From the NCBI GenBank assembly GCA_963726455.1, contig CAVSCK010000004.1, positions 96,001-160,000 on the forward strand: DNA of 64,000 nt, written 5' to 3'. The position numbers and the translations under genes are program-made. Shown here piece after piece: positions 50,644 to 59,480 of the stretch (position 1 is the stretch's first letter; every line of letters begins with the position of its first letter). The notes below the pieces were generated by a model. It saw only the letters and a program-made list of their open reading frames with translations, did not search any database and was not told the DNA's origin. The stretch comes from an uncultured bacterium. Lineage in GTDB: Bacteria; Zixibacteria; MSB-5A5; CAIYYT01.

Positions 50644-52434
50644 ATGTATCCTTACGGTCATACATCCGGTGAAGCCGATGCTTCAGGTGAGGCGCAAGTT
50701 CCCCGAACATTGCCTCCGCTAAGTCAATTTGACGCCATTCCAATCGCTGTCTTCGCTGCTGATCACGAAGGTGCAATCTATTATACCAATCAGCGGTTTG
50801 ACCAAATTATTGCCAGCAACAACTGCGCGACCGACTATTGCCGCAATCTTGGCGAACTCGAGGATCTTATGTCCATCGAATTGGCCCTCCCGGCATACCG
50901 CGCCATGGAGCAGCGAATTCCTTTCAACTCTGAGCAGTTCATCTTCACCGGCAGCGATGGTCAATACTTCCTTCTCTCAATTTCCCTGAGCCCGCTCATA
51001 ACCGACGGTGCCTGCTGGGGCGTGTTTGGCGTGCTCCAGGACGTGACCCAGGTCGCCGACGCCAGCGAGAGTCTGCGGCGGCGCATCAAGGAACTGAACA
51101 CCATCGAAGAAATCTCGCAGGCGCTGCATTCGACCATGAAGACCGACGACATCCTGCGCATCATCCTGACCGGCGCCACCTGCAAAGAAGGCCTTGGTTT
51201 CAACCGGGCTTTCCTGTTTCTGCTCAATGAACACAACATGGTACTGGAAGGCCAGATGGCCATCGGTCCCTCGAACGCCGAGGAAGCCGGCCGCATCTGG
51301 GGGGCAATCGAACCGGGAACGCGCACGCTGTCGCAGGTTCTGGCGCATTACCTGCTGAACGTCGCCAATCAGGACATCGAAGTTAATCACATTGTCAGGT
51401 CACTCAAAATCGATCTGTCATCCGCCACTATCTTCCGCCGCGTCGTCCAGACCGGTCGCTGGTGTAATATCGACAGCGAATCGCAGAACGTGGTGCACGA
51501 TACTGAAGTGCTGCGCATTCTCAACACTCATCGCTTTGCGATAGTGCCGTTGTTGGCGCGCGGCAAGACTATTGGCACAATTGTTGCAGACAACTTGATT
51601 ACCGGCAAACCGATTGACAACAATACCGTCCGCCTGCTGCAAATCTTCGCCGACCACGCCGCCACCGCTATCGAGAAAGCCCGGCTCTTTGAAGAAATCG
51701 AAATCAAAGCCGAGTCGCTGGAACGCGCCAATTCCAAATTGGAGCAGGTGCAAAAACAAATCGCCGCTATCGAAAAAAGCTCTCTGATGGCAGAGATTAC
51801 CCACAAGATCGCTCACGAGCTACGCAATCCGATCACAATTATCGGCGGATTTGCGGCGTTGTTAAATCGCGGCCTGAATCCTGCCGATAAACTAAGCGAG
51901 TATGGCAGGATCATCGTGGACGAGACTTTGAGGGTCGAGAAAGCGCTGGAAGACGTTCTGAACTTCTCCAAATCGTTCGCTCAGGATCGCGAAGCTTGTG
52001 ACTTGAGGGAGATCGTTCAGGCGACAACTGATGTTCTCGAACAAACGCATTCCCATATTGAAATGCGCTTGGACCCGCCTGTTGAGGATTATCCGCTCAT
52101 GATCCGCGTTAACCGCGATCAGACCGTTCAATCGCTGCGTGACATAATTGAGGCGGTTGGCTCGTTCATGCCTGATAACACGCCGTTGCGGCTGAGCTTG
52201 CGAGATGATAGCGCCATGCGGAGAATCGAATTGCATTGGCAGATTCCCGGCATCGAGCGGCAACGGATAACCGAGTTGCTGACAGACATGCTGGAGAGCC
52301 GGACCTCCGGTTCGTCGTTGCGATTGACGTTGGCGTTCGAGACGGTGCGTTACAACGGCGGTGAACCCGGGCTCGCGGCCAGGTCAGCCGACGACCAGTA
52401 CCTGTTTATCGAGTATCCGTCACTGGAGGAATAA
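50644..52434 (+). CDS. PAS-GAF histidine kinase-like protein with degenerate ATP-binding domain (start uncertain)
   Basis: PAS ending GVLQDVT, GAF GLGFNRAFLFL, intact H-box AHELRNP, and unrecognisable N/G1/F/G2 boxes. Confidence 0.85.
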   Translation: MYPYGHTSGEADASGEAQVPRTLPPLSQFDAIPIAVFAADHEGAIYYTNQRFDQIIASNNCATDYCRNLGELEDLMSIELALPAYRAMEQRIPFNSEQFIFTGSDGQYFLLSISLSPLITDGACWGVFGVLQDVTQVADASESLRRRIKELNTIEEISQALHSTMKTDDILRIILTGATCKEGLGFNRAFLFLLNEHNMVLEGQMAIGPSNAEEAGRIWGAIEPGTRTLSQVLAHYLLNVANQDIEVNHIVRSLKIDLSSATIFRRVVQTGRWCNIDSESQNVVHDTEVLRILNTHRFAIVPLLARGKTIGTIVADNLITGKPIDNNTVRLLQIFADHAATAIEKARLFEEIEIKAESLERANSKLEQVQKQIAAIEKSSLMAEITHKIAHELRNPITIIGGFAALLNRGLNPADKLSEYGRIIVDETLRVEKALEDVLNFSKSFAQDREACDLREIVQATTDVLEQTHSHIEMRLDPPVEDYPLMIRVNRDQTVQSLRDIIEAVGSFMPDNTPLRLSLRDDSAMRRIELHWQIPGIERQRITELLTDMLESRTSGSSLRLTLAFETVRYNGGEPGLAARSADDQYLFIEYPSLEE

Positions 52435-52435
52435 G

Positions 52436-52798
52436 ATGAATCATACAATTATGTGCGTCGATGATGAGCCGAACTTGCTACGACTCTACGAGCAAGTGCT
52501 CTCGGAGGACGGTTTCACCGTTGTCTCTGCGCACTCAGGTAACGAGGCCATCTCGAAAATCCAATCCCAGCCGGTCGACCTCGTCGTTCTCGATATTCGC
52601 ATGGATGACAAGGACGGCCTGGAAGTGCTGCGCGAACTCAAATTGAAAGATCCCGATCTGCCGGTCATCCTGCACTCGGCATACAACACCTACAAGTCAG
52701 ATTTCACCAGTTGGCTGGCGGTCGATTATCTCGTTAAGAGCGCCGACCTCACGCAGTTGCGCACGCGCATCAGAGAGTTATTGGAGGCGAATGACTGA
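52436..52798 (+). CDS. Single-domain response regulator
   Basis: CVDDE, LDIRM, HSAY and YLVKS. Confidence 0.92.
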   Translation: MNHTIMCVDDEPNLLRLYEQVLSEDGFTVVSAHSGNEAISKIQSQPVDLVVLDIRMDDKDGLEVLRELKLKDPDLPVILHSAYNTYKSDFTSWLAVDYLVKSADLTQLRTRIRELLEAND

Positions 52799-53150
52799 GT
52801 CACACGATGAATTCCTGAAGCTGGTCGACCACGTTGCCGAGTTGGTGGACGAGATCAAATTGATGAGTCTCAATCTCACTATTGCCCACGCCCGTCTGCG
52901 GCTCAACGACAACGCCTTTCAAGTCGTCGGCCGAAACTTTCAGCAACTGCTCGATACGGCTGCCGCCGGTGTCGAGGAAGCGGCGGTCACACTCAAGAAA
53001 GCCCGCGGCGAGAAGCTCACCGAAGATGAGTTGACGCAGAATCAATCGGACTTGGAAGCCAGTCTCGACCGGGTCAAATCAGAAGCCGAACAGATTATCA
53101 ATACCGTGTTAGCGATCAAGAAATCCCAGCGCATTAACCGACAAGTCTGA
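52791..53150 (+). CDS. Stand-alone chemoreceptor (MCP) signalling-tip-like protein
   Basis: IKLMSLNLTIAHARLRLNDNAFQVVG aligns without gaps to [26 protein letters not shown]. Confidence 0.6.
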   Translation: MTESHDEFLKLVDHVAELVDEIKLMSLNLTIAHARLRLNDNAFQVVGRNFQQLLDTAAAGVEEAAVTLKKARGEKLTEDELTQNQSDLEASLDRVKSEAEQIINTVLAIKKSQRINRQV

Positions 53151-53171
53151 GCCAAGGAGACGAACATCTCA

Positions 53172-53780
53172 ATGAAACTGATCCTTCTTGTTACCGATGT
53201 CGGGGGCCCCGTAGCTTTGCATTCGCTGCTGTCCGAGATGCCTGAGCATTTTGGCCATCCCATTGTCGTGTTACCCAGCTCTGAACTGGGACTGTTGGAA
53301 TCTTCTGCCGCCGCGCTGCGGCGGACAATTTCACTTCCCATCGAAATGATTCAGCCCGTAACTGCTCTCAGGGCCGGCTGTGTCTTTTTCGGCGCCCCGA
53401 ATTCGTGCTATCGTCCGACTTTCCATGACGGCCGCGTCAGCATCGAAGCCGTGGGCGTGAATCGGGAAGAGGAGTACGTCAGGAAGACCCTCGAGAACTT
53501 CGCCGGAACATACGGCGATGAATTGACCGTTGTGTTCCTGTCCGGGCGAGGACGGAACGAGGAAATCCAATCGTGCTGTTCCACTTTGGAAAGATCCGGC
53601 TGCCGTTTGATCGTTTTCCACCGCTCGGAAACCGTCGTGTTCGATATGGGACAATGTGTGCTCGAAGAGTGTCCCTCGGCGGTGGAGCTTACGTCATCCG
53701 AAATTGTTACTTTAGTTACAACTTCTTCGCGAACCTTGCCGGCACGGTCAAAGAAACCGTCAAATACCACCGGCAAGTAA
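53172..53780 (+). CDS. CheB methylesterase-fold protein lacking the catalytic triad
   Basis: KLILLVTDVGGPVAL, PIVVLPSS, VVFLSGRGRN and ETVVFDM are colinear with the CheB catalytic domain. Confidence 0.75.
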   Translation: MKLILLVTDVGGPVALHSLLSEMPEHFGHPIVVLPSSELGLLESSAAALRRTISLPIEMIQPVTALRAGCVFFGAPNSCYRPTFHDGRVSIEAVGVNREEEYVRKTLENFAGTYGDELTVVFLSGRGRNEEIQSCCSTLERSGCRLIVFHRSETVVFDMGQCVLEECPSAVELTSSEIVTLVTTSSRTLPARSKKPSNTTGK

Positions 53781-53804
53781 ATGCGGCACCCCGTCTGCCG
53801 ATAA
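53778..53804 (+). promoter_or_regulatory. sigma28 (FliA) promoter
   Basis: TAAA-N15-GCCGATAA, a perfect consensus 30 bp before the receiver gene. Confidence 0.8.
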
Positions 53805-53834
53805 ATCTATTAAGAGGGGGAGAAAGGATTCTCA

Positions 53835-54242
53835 ATGGGTGAACTACAGCGAGCGCGCATCCTGATTGTCGACGATGAAGAATTCATGCGCAAGCTGCTT
53901 TCCAGCATTCTTCGCAAAGCCGGGCTTGACGCACTCTACGCCGAGACCGGAGAGGAAGCTTTGCAACTGCTGAGCGAAAACAAATGCGATATCGTCATTT
54001 CCGATGTGATGATGTCCGGAATGAGCGGAATTCAACTTCTCAAACAGGTCAAGGAGCTCTATCCGAACATCGCCTTCATCATCATGACCGGTTTCGCAGA
54101 TTCCTGCACCATTAAGGATGCGCTCATGGAGGGCGCGGATGAGTATATCACGAAGCCGTTTAAGAATCACGAAGTAACCCTGGTCGTTGAGCGGGCATAT
54201 TGGCGTATTCAGTCTGCCCGCAAATCGACGGAGATAGTCTAG
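53835..54242 (+). CDS. Single-domain response regulator
   Basis: ILIVDDE, SDVMM, MTGF and YITKPF. Confidence 0.92.
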   Translation: MGELQRARILIVDDEEFMRKLLSSILRKAGLDALYAETGEEALQLLSENKCDIVISDVMMSGMSGIQLLKQVKELYPNIAFIIMTGFADSCTIKDALMEGADEYITKPFKNHEVTLVVERAYWRIQSARKSTEIV

Positions 54243-54248
54243 GCGCAA

Positions 54249-55751
54249 ATGGCCGGTAACGACGACGACAAATATCTCAAGTCTGCCAAAGGCATCATGC
54301 TTTCGGTCAACGGTGAAGCCACGAAAGCTTACATAAAGCTGGTAGCGGCTGAACTTGAAGGCGTGCAGCTTGTGCCCGAACTCATCTATGGCCTCTTGGC
54401 GGAAGCGGGAGTTGTTTACGGCATCAAGAACGATGTTGTCGACTTGCTCGTCGCTAGTCCGTCCTACAACGAGAAGGTCGTCGTAGCTGTCGGCGATTCG
54501 CCGATACCGGGCACCGATTCCCAGTTGGAGTACTTGTTCGAGACTGAGGTCAAGCGCGAACCGACCGTCGATGCCCAGGGACACATCAATTACAAGGATT
54601 TGAACTTCATTCAGAACGCCAAGGCGGGGCAGGTGCTGGTGCGCAAAATACCCGCGCTCCCGGGCGCTCCCGGAAAATCTGTTTTTGGAAAGGATATCGC
54701 GCCCCGCAACGGTCGTGAACGTACGTTCATTCGCGGTTCCAATACTGACATCGCACCGGATGGCCTGAGCCTGATCGCCGCCATCGACGGCACCATCGTC
54801 TACAAAGCCGGCGCCGTCACCGTGCAGCCCTCACAGAAATTGCCCGGTTCGATCGATGTCGCCACCGGAAACATCAATTGCCTTGGTTCTCTTAAGGTCG
54901 CCAAGAATATCTGCAGCGAATTCAAGGTTGTCGTGGGAGGGGATCTGGAAGTCGGTGGCAATGTCGAGGACGCCATAATCGAGGCCGGCGGCAATGTTCT
55001 GGTGCACGGTGGTTTCTTCGGTTCCGGCAGGGGCAATATCACTGCCGGTGGTGACGTTACGGTCAGATACGCCGAAAACCAGAAGATTCGCGCCGGAGGC
55101 GTAGTCTATATCGGTGGGGAAGTCCTCAATTGCGACATCTACGCCGGCGATGCTGTGATCGTGCAGGGGAAAACCGGTCGTATCGCGGGCGGCAACGTCG
55201 CGGCCAAGCACTTGATTCGTGTCTCCAAACTTGGCAATGACGCATCGGTCGCCACGCATGTGCACGTCGCTTTCGATATGCAAATGATGAACCGCATGCG
55301 CGAGGTCACCCGTGAACTAGAGCGCCTGGCAAGCGATGAGAAACGAGTCAAAGACGCGCTCGTCTTATTGTACCGCCTCGAATTGAACGGCCAGCTTCCA
55401 TCAGAAAAAAAGGAAGCGCTGTTACGATTCAAAGACTTTATGAAAGAGCTGCCGACCCAGAAGGAAGCTCTTAAGAACGAGTGCGACCAACTCCGGCAGA
55501 AACTGCAGGAGCTTAGCGGGGCGCGCGTGGCCGTCGAAGATGCCGTATACGCCGGCGCCATAATTCACTTCGGTCCCGTCTACAAAGAAATCCTCGAGGA
55601 CATTAACCAGGGCACCGTCTTCGAAAAGACCGGCGAATCGATTACTCGGTTGTTGTTCGACAATGACCGTGAACGCCGCATCGAAGACCAGTGGCGCAAA
55701 GCCAAGAAGGAAGCCCAGGCCGCAACCCACGCCGAACCGGTCACGGCGTAA
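54249..55751 (+). CDS. FapA / DUF342 family flagellar assembly protein
   Basis: GVVYGI, INYKDLNFIQN, TGNINCLGS, beta-helix repeats and a C-terminal coiled coil. Confidence 0.88.
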   Translation: MAGNDDDKYLKSAKGIMLSVNGEATKAYIKLVAAELEGVQLVPELIYGLLAEAGVVYGIKNDVVDLLVASPSYNEKVVVAVGDSPIPGTDSQLEYLFETEVKREPTVDAQGHINYKDLNFIQNAKAGQVLVRKIPALPGAPGKSVFGKDIAPRNGRERTFIRGSNTDIAPDGLSLIAAIDGTIVYKAGAVTVQPSQKLPGSIDVATGNINCLGSLKVAKNICSEFKVVVGGDLEVGGNVEDAIIEAGGNVLVHGGFFGSGRGNITAGGDVTVRYAENQKIRAGGVVYIGGEVLNCDIYAGDAVIVQGKTGRIAGGNVAAKHLIRVSKLGNDASVATHVHVAFDMQMMNRMREVTRELERLASDEKRVKDALVLLYRLELNGQLPSEKKEALLRFKDFMKELPTQKEALKNECDQLRQKLQELSGARVAVEDAVYAGAIIHFGPVYKEILEDINQGTVFEKTGESITRLLFDNDRERRIEDQWRKAKKEAQAATHAEPVTA

Positions 55752-55834
55752 TCATCCCCTCTACCTAGATATCTGCATCACATTCCCGCCGATTCGACGC
55801 CTTCATCCGTCGTATGCGAAATGTCTGAAGTTTC

Positions 55835-55896
55835 GTAGGTCGAAACCCCTGATGGATGCGCGTTCGTTATACAAATCCCATTCCGGGGTTTCGACA
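55835..55896 (+). repeat. GTAG-REP family F
   Basis: GTAG followed by an 11-bp stem GTCGAAACCCC...GGGGTTTCGAC. Confidence 0.65.
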
Positions 55897-55951
55897 TTTA
55901 TGACTTTCGCGGGAATGACAATGCCCCTCAAACGCGTCAGTAAGATTTCGC

Positions 55952-55980
55952 TTGCGCCCGATGTGTACTCCCCGTACTTT
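55952..55980 (+). promoter_or_regulatory. Candidate tRNA promoter
   Basis: TTGCGC-N17-TACTTT, 15 bp before the tRNA. Confidence 0.45.
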
Positions 55981-55995
55981 TTCAGGTACCACATC

Positions 55996-56067
55996 GCGGG
56001 TGTAGTTCAGCGGTAGAACGTCAGCTTCCCAAGCTGAATGTCGAGGGTTCAACTCCCTTCACCCGCT
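55996..56067 (+). tRNA. tRNA-Gly (CCC), CCA not encoded
   Basis: GCGGGTG/CACCCGC acceptor stem, anticodon arm TCAGC-TTCCCAA-GCTGA, T-loop GTTCAAC. Confidence 0.97.
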
Positions 56068-56103
56068 TTTCTTATTGTCGCCGCCCCCACAAACCAAACT
56101 CCG

Positions 56104-57054
56104 CTACCTGCTCTCCATGGCATGCTGCTCGACGTCTAGCGCTGCCTTCAATCCTTTGGCCAGCGACGTTGTCGGGCCGATTCCCCAGTAATGCAGGAAC
56201 ACCAGGCGCGGCGACTCAGTTTCCATGTGATTATGCAGCGCCGTAATATCGATATTGGCATGGCGCAGCGCCTTGAGTACTGACTGCACCTCACTTTCCT
56301 GCATCACGAAATCGCCGTCAACTACGGCTTTCTCGTCGCTCCCCGCGAATGCTGCCCAGGTATTGACGCCCATCGCGTTGCCGATCTGCTCTCCCTGCAT
56401 TTCTGTCGTCCGTCCAAAGGTATATTTACAGACGCCGCTTGCCAGTTGACCCTTGGCGCCGAGTATTGCATCAATCTTCTTTGGATCAAGCGTGCTCTTG
56501 GCGGGATCAATTTGCGCCGTCGGTATCTCACCCTTGCCGCCTTCGGTTTCCTTGATCTTGGCGAATACCTTGCCCACAGCGGTCGCCATCGTCTCGGCAT
56601 TACCTTCGCCACCGATATGCATGAACATTACGCGCGGCGAATCCCACAGGAAATGATTATGAATCGCCGTGACTTGCAGCCCATTGTCCAGGGCGGCGCT
56701 CAGTACCGGGTTGACCTGATCCTCCTGCAGCACCAGATCGCCCATGACCATCGCGTTATTGCCCATCATCTTAAAAGCCGCCCACACCGACAACCCCATC
56801 GGAGGCGTCACTTTCACTCCCGCGACCGTCTCGGTGATGTCTTCGCGCGGAAATCCGACGCGATACACACCCTCTTGTTCGATATACTGTCCCTTGGATT
56901 GCGTCAACTGTTCGATCTTGTCAAATACCGGTTGCCGGGCGGTCTGTCCCGTCATCGATTGGGTATTCATCTGCGCGTCTGCTTGCGGCGTCCACATTAA
57001 TGTCGTGGAAATGGCCGCCTGCAAGAGCATCGCCGAAATAGTGAATCTGAGCAT
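56104..57054 (-). CDS. DUF1259 (LppY/LpqO-like) secreted protein with two repeats
   Basis: WAAF...GDLV...TAIHNH...FMH and WAAF...GDFV...TALHNH...FLHYWG, with RBS AGGAGG. Confidence 0.88.
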   Translation of the reverse strand: MLRFTISAMLLQAAISTTLMWTPQADAQMNTQSMTGQTARQPVFDKIEQLTQSKGQYIEQEGVYRVGFPREDITETVAGVKVTPPMGLSVWAAFKMMGNNAMVMGDLVLQEDQVNPVLSAALDNGLQVTAIHNHFLWDSPRVMFMHIGGEGNAETMATAVGKVFAKIKETEGGKGEIPTAQIDPAKSTLDPKKIDAILGAKGQLASGVCKYTFGRTTEMQGEQIGNAMGVNTWAAFAGSDEKAVVDGDFVMQESEVQSVLKALRHANIDITALHNHMETESPRLVFLHYWGIGPTTSLAKGLKAALDVEQHAMESR

Positions 57055-57313
57055 TATATCCTCCTGCGATGTAAGCCCGCTCATTACTCTTTACTTGATT
57101 AGAACGCAGCCAAGATTGGCGCACGATAACGCAATTTGCAGGCCGCGCAGGCGCTTTAGTCACGTGCTGACGCCACAATCCCATTGACTTAGCCCCGCCG
57201 ATGTCGTACCGTCTATATCTGCCGACCGAGTGTCGGATATCGCGAACAGTAGCGCGTCGGTTCGGCCCAAATTGGGGCCCGCAGACGTGTGATTTCGAAA
57301 AGAGAGTAAGCTA

Positions 57314-58639
57314 ATGCCTCTGCCAGTCGTGGCAATTATCGGTCGACCCAACGTCGGCAAATCGACCTTCTTCAATCGCATCTGCAGGTCGCGCCATGCG
57401 ATCACCGACGACATGCCCGGCGTCACCCGCGACCGCCACTATGGCCCCGTCGAGTGGGCGGGACACTATTTCGTTGTCGTCGACACAGGCGGCCTGGTAC
57501 CCGCCTCGGATGAAATCTACGAAGCCAAGGTCCGCGAACAAGCGCAGATTGCCATCGAGGAATGCGATCTCGTGCTGTTCATGGTCGATGCCCGCGTGGG
57601 CCCTCTGGACGTCGATGTTGACATTGCCAAGCTACTGCGCCGTGCCGGCAAACCGACCTTGCTGGTCGTCAACAAGGCCGACAACGAAGTATTCGAGTTG
57701 GAAGCGAGCAAATTCTACTCGCTTGGCCTCGGCGATCCGTTTCCCATCGCGGCAAATTCCGGCCGTAACTCCGGCGACCTGCTGGATCAAGTCATCGCGC
57801 GCCTGCCTGTTGTCCCGCCCGATGACAAAGATGAAGACATCATTCATGTCGCGGTCATCGGACGGCCCAACGTGGGTAAATCGTCGCTGGTAAATCGCCT
57901 TCTCGGCGATGAACGTCTGGTTGTTGCCGATCAGCCCGGCACCACGCGCGACGCGATCGACACGGCTCTGTCATATGAGGAACATCGGTTCGTATTGATT
58001 GACACCGCGGGTTTGCGACGCGCCGCCAGAGTGAAAGATAACGTTGAATTCTATACTTCGTTGCGCACCGTGCGTTCGCTGCAGCGCGCTGATATCGCGA
58101 TGATATTGGTCGAAGCTCCCGAGGGTATCACCGGGCAGGACATCAAGATCATAGAACAAGCCGAGCAGGAACGGAAGGGTATCGTCATCGTCGTCAACAA
58201 GTGGGATCTGGTGGAAAAGGACACGCACACTGTCGACCAATTCACCCAGACGTTCCATGAAAAGGCGAAGCTGATGCAGTACATCCCGCTGGTATTCGTC
58301 TCAGCGCTTTCCGGCCAGCGGGTCACGAAGATTCTCGATCACCTGATCGAAATCAACACCGAACGCCAAAAACGGCTTTCTACTAGAGAACTGAATGATT
58401 TTATCGAGGAGGCCGTGCGCGATCGCCCCCCCGCGGCGCATCGGGGACAATTCATTAAATTCTATTATGCCACCCAGGTTGATGTCGCGCCGCCCAGTTT
58501 TGTCTTCTTCGTCAACTATCCGGAATATCTCGACCGCTCTTACATTCGCTATCTCGAAAATCGTCTCCGCGACAAATTTGGCTTTCTCGGCAATTCCCTT
58601 CGCATGAAGTTCAACAAGAAGGCCCGTTCGAAAGAATAG
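57314..58639 (+). CDS. der: Ribosome biogenesis GTPase Der
   Basis: Two GRPNVGKS G-domains (DTGG/DTAG, NKAD/NKWD) and a KH-like tail SYIRYLEN. Confidence 0.97.
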   Translation: MPLPVVAIIGRPNVGKSTFFNRICRSRHAITDDMPGVTRDRHYGPVEWAGHYFVVVDTGGLVPASDEIYEAKVREQAQIAIEECDLVLFMVDARVGPLDVDVDIAKLLRRAGKPTLLVVNKADNEVFELEASKFYSLGLGDPFPIAANSGRNSGDLLDQVIARLPVVPPDDKDEDIIHVAVIGRPNVGKSSLVNRLLGDERLVVADQPGTTRDAIDTALSYEEHRFVLIDTAGLRRAARVKDNVEFYTSLRTVRSLQRADIAMILVEAPEGITGQDIKIIEQAEQERKGIVIVVNKWDLVEKDTHTVDQFTQTFHEKAKLMQYIPLVFVSALSGQRVTKILDHLIEINTERQKRLSTRELNDFIEEAVRDRPPAAHRGQFIKFYYATQVDVAPPSFVFFVNYPEYLDRSYIRYLENRLRDKFGFLGNSLRMKFNKKARSKE

Positions 58640-58795
58640 CACAATCAGCGCCAATGCTTCGTCCGAAATACCGGCACTGTCAAATTTGTTAAACGGCAAC
58701 CTTGCTTGCACGTAATTGTAAACAATGTTGTTGTTGACGACCGGCCCGTTCGGCGTCTATCATAAATTTCCTTGCATTACGGAAGGACTCTTGCG

Positions 58796-59454
58796 ATGAA
58801 AAGGATGTTGGTTGCAATCATGGTAGTGCTGGGCGCGGCAAGTTGCGCTCAGGCGACATTTCTCGGACAGATGCGTCCCGCCGAAACGCTCGGTATGGGT
58901 AGTCTCAACTTCATGGCAGGCGCGGGAGTCTTCGAACATGCCCGCCTCGTATTCGGCAATGTTCGTTACGGTATCGCCACGCCGGTGGATGTCAGCGGCA
59001 GTTCGCAATTATGGATCATGATGCCTCAAACGATATCGCCATCATGCTCGGCGGCGACGTTCAGTGCCGGCTCACTCATTCCGATCTCGGCGCTCCGTTC
59101 GACATGGCGATCGGCGGCTCGCTTGAATATTATCATCTCCATCAGGATGTCATCGGCGGTCTGACCAATCTCGGCGTCGGATTCAATTTTGTCGGCAGCA
59201 AACCGTTCACGTTCGACAATGGTTTTAAATTCACGCCCTACGGCCGTCTCAATTTGCGTGTCGATCGCAGTCATTTCCATCAGTATCGCATAGTCGAACC
59301 ATACGACCTGATGTCGGTCAGCGATTCCAAATTTCATATCGGTTTCAATCTTGGCTCGGTCTTCCCGCTGTCGAGTAAAGTCAGTCTGGTCGGCGAATTT
59401 CAGATCGACGAACAGGTCGGCTTCCTCGCCGGCATCAATTTCTTTATGTGGTAA
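58796..59454 (+). CDS. Exported, probably outer-membrane beta-barrel protein (frameshift near 59000)
   Basis: Signal peptide MKRMLVAIMVVLGAASCAQA, alternating beta pattern and aromatic C-terminus GINFFMW. Confidence 0.6.
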
Positions 59455-59480
59455 CTCGATGATCCTAGCACCGGTGTTTA

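Noticed and set aside
55996-57054. tRNA-Gly as integration site of an island
   Set aside because: No integrase and no duplicated tRNA 3' end were seen. Only one gene lies between the tRNA and der.
57200-57313. Structured leader or riboswitch upstream of der
   Set aside because: Only short GC hairpins are present and I could not match any known riboswitch consensus.
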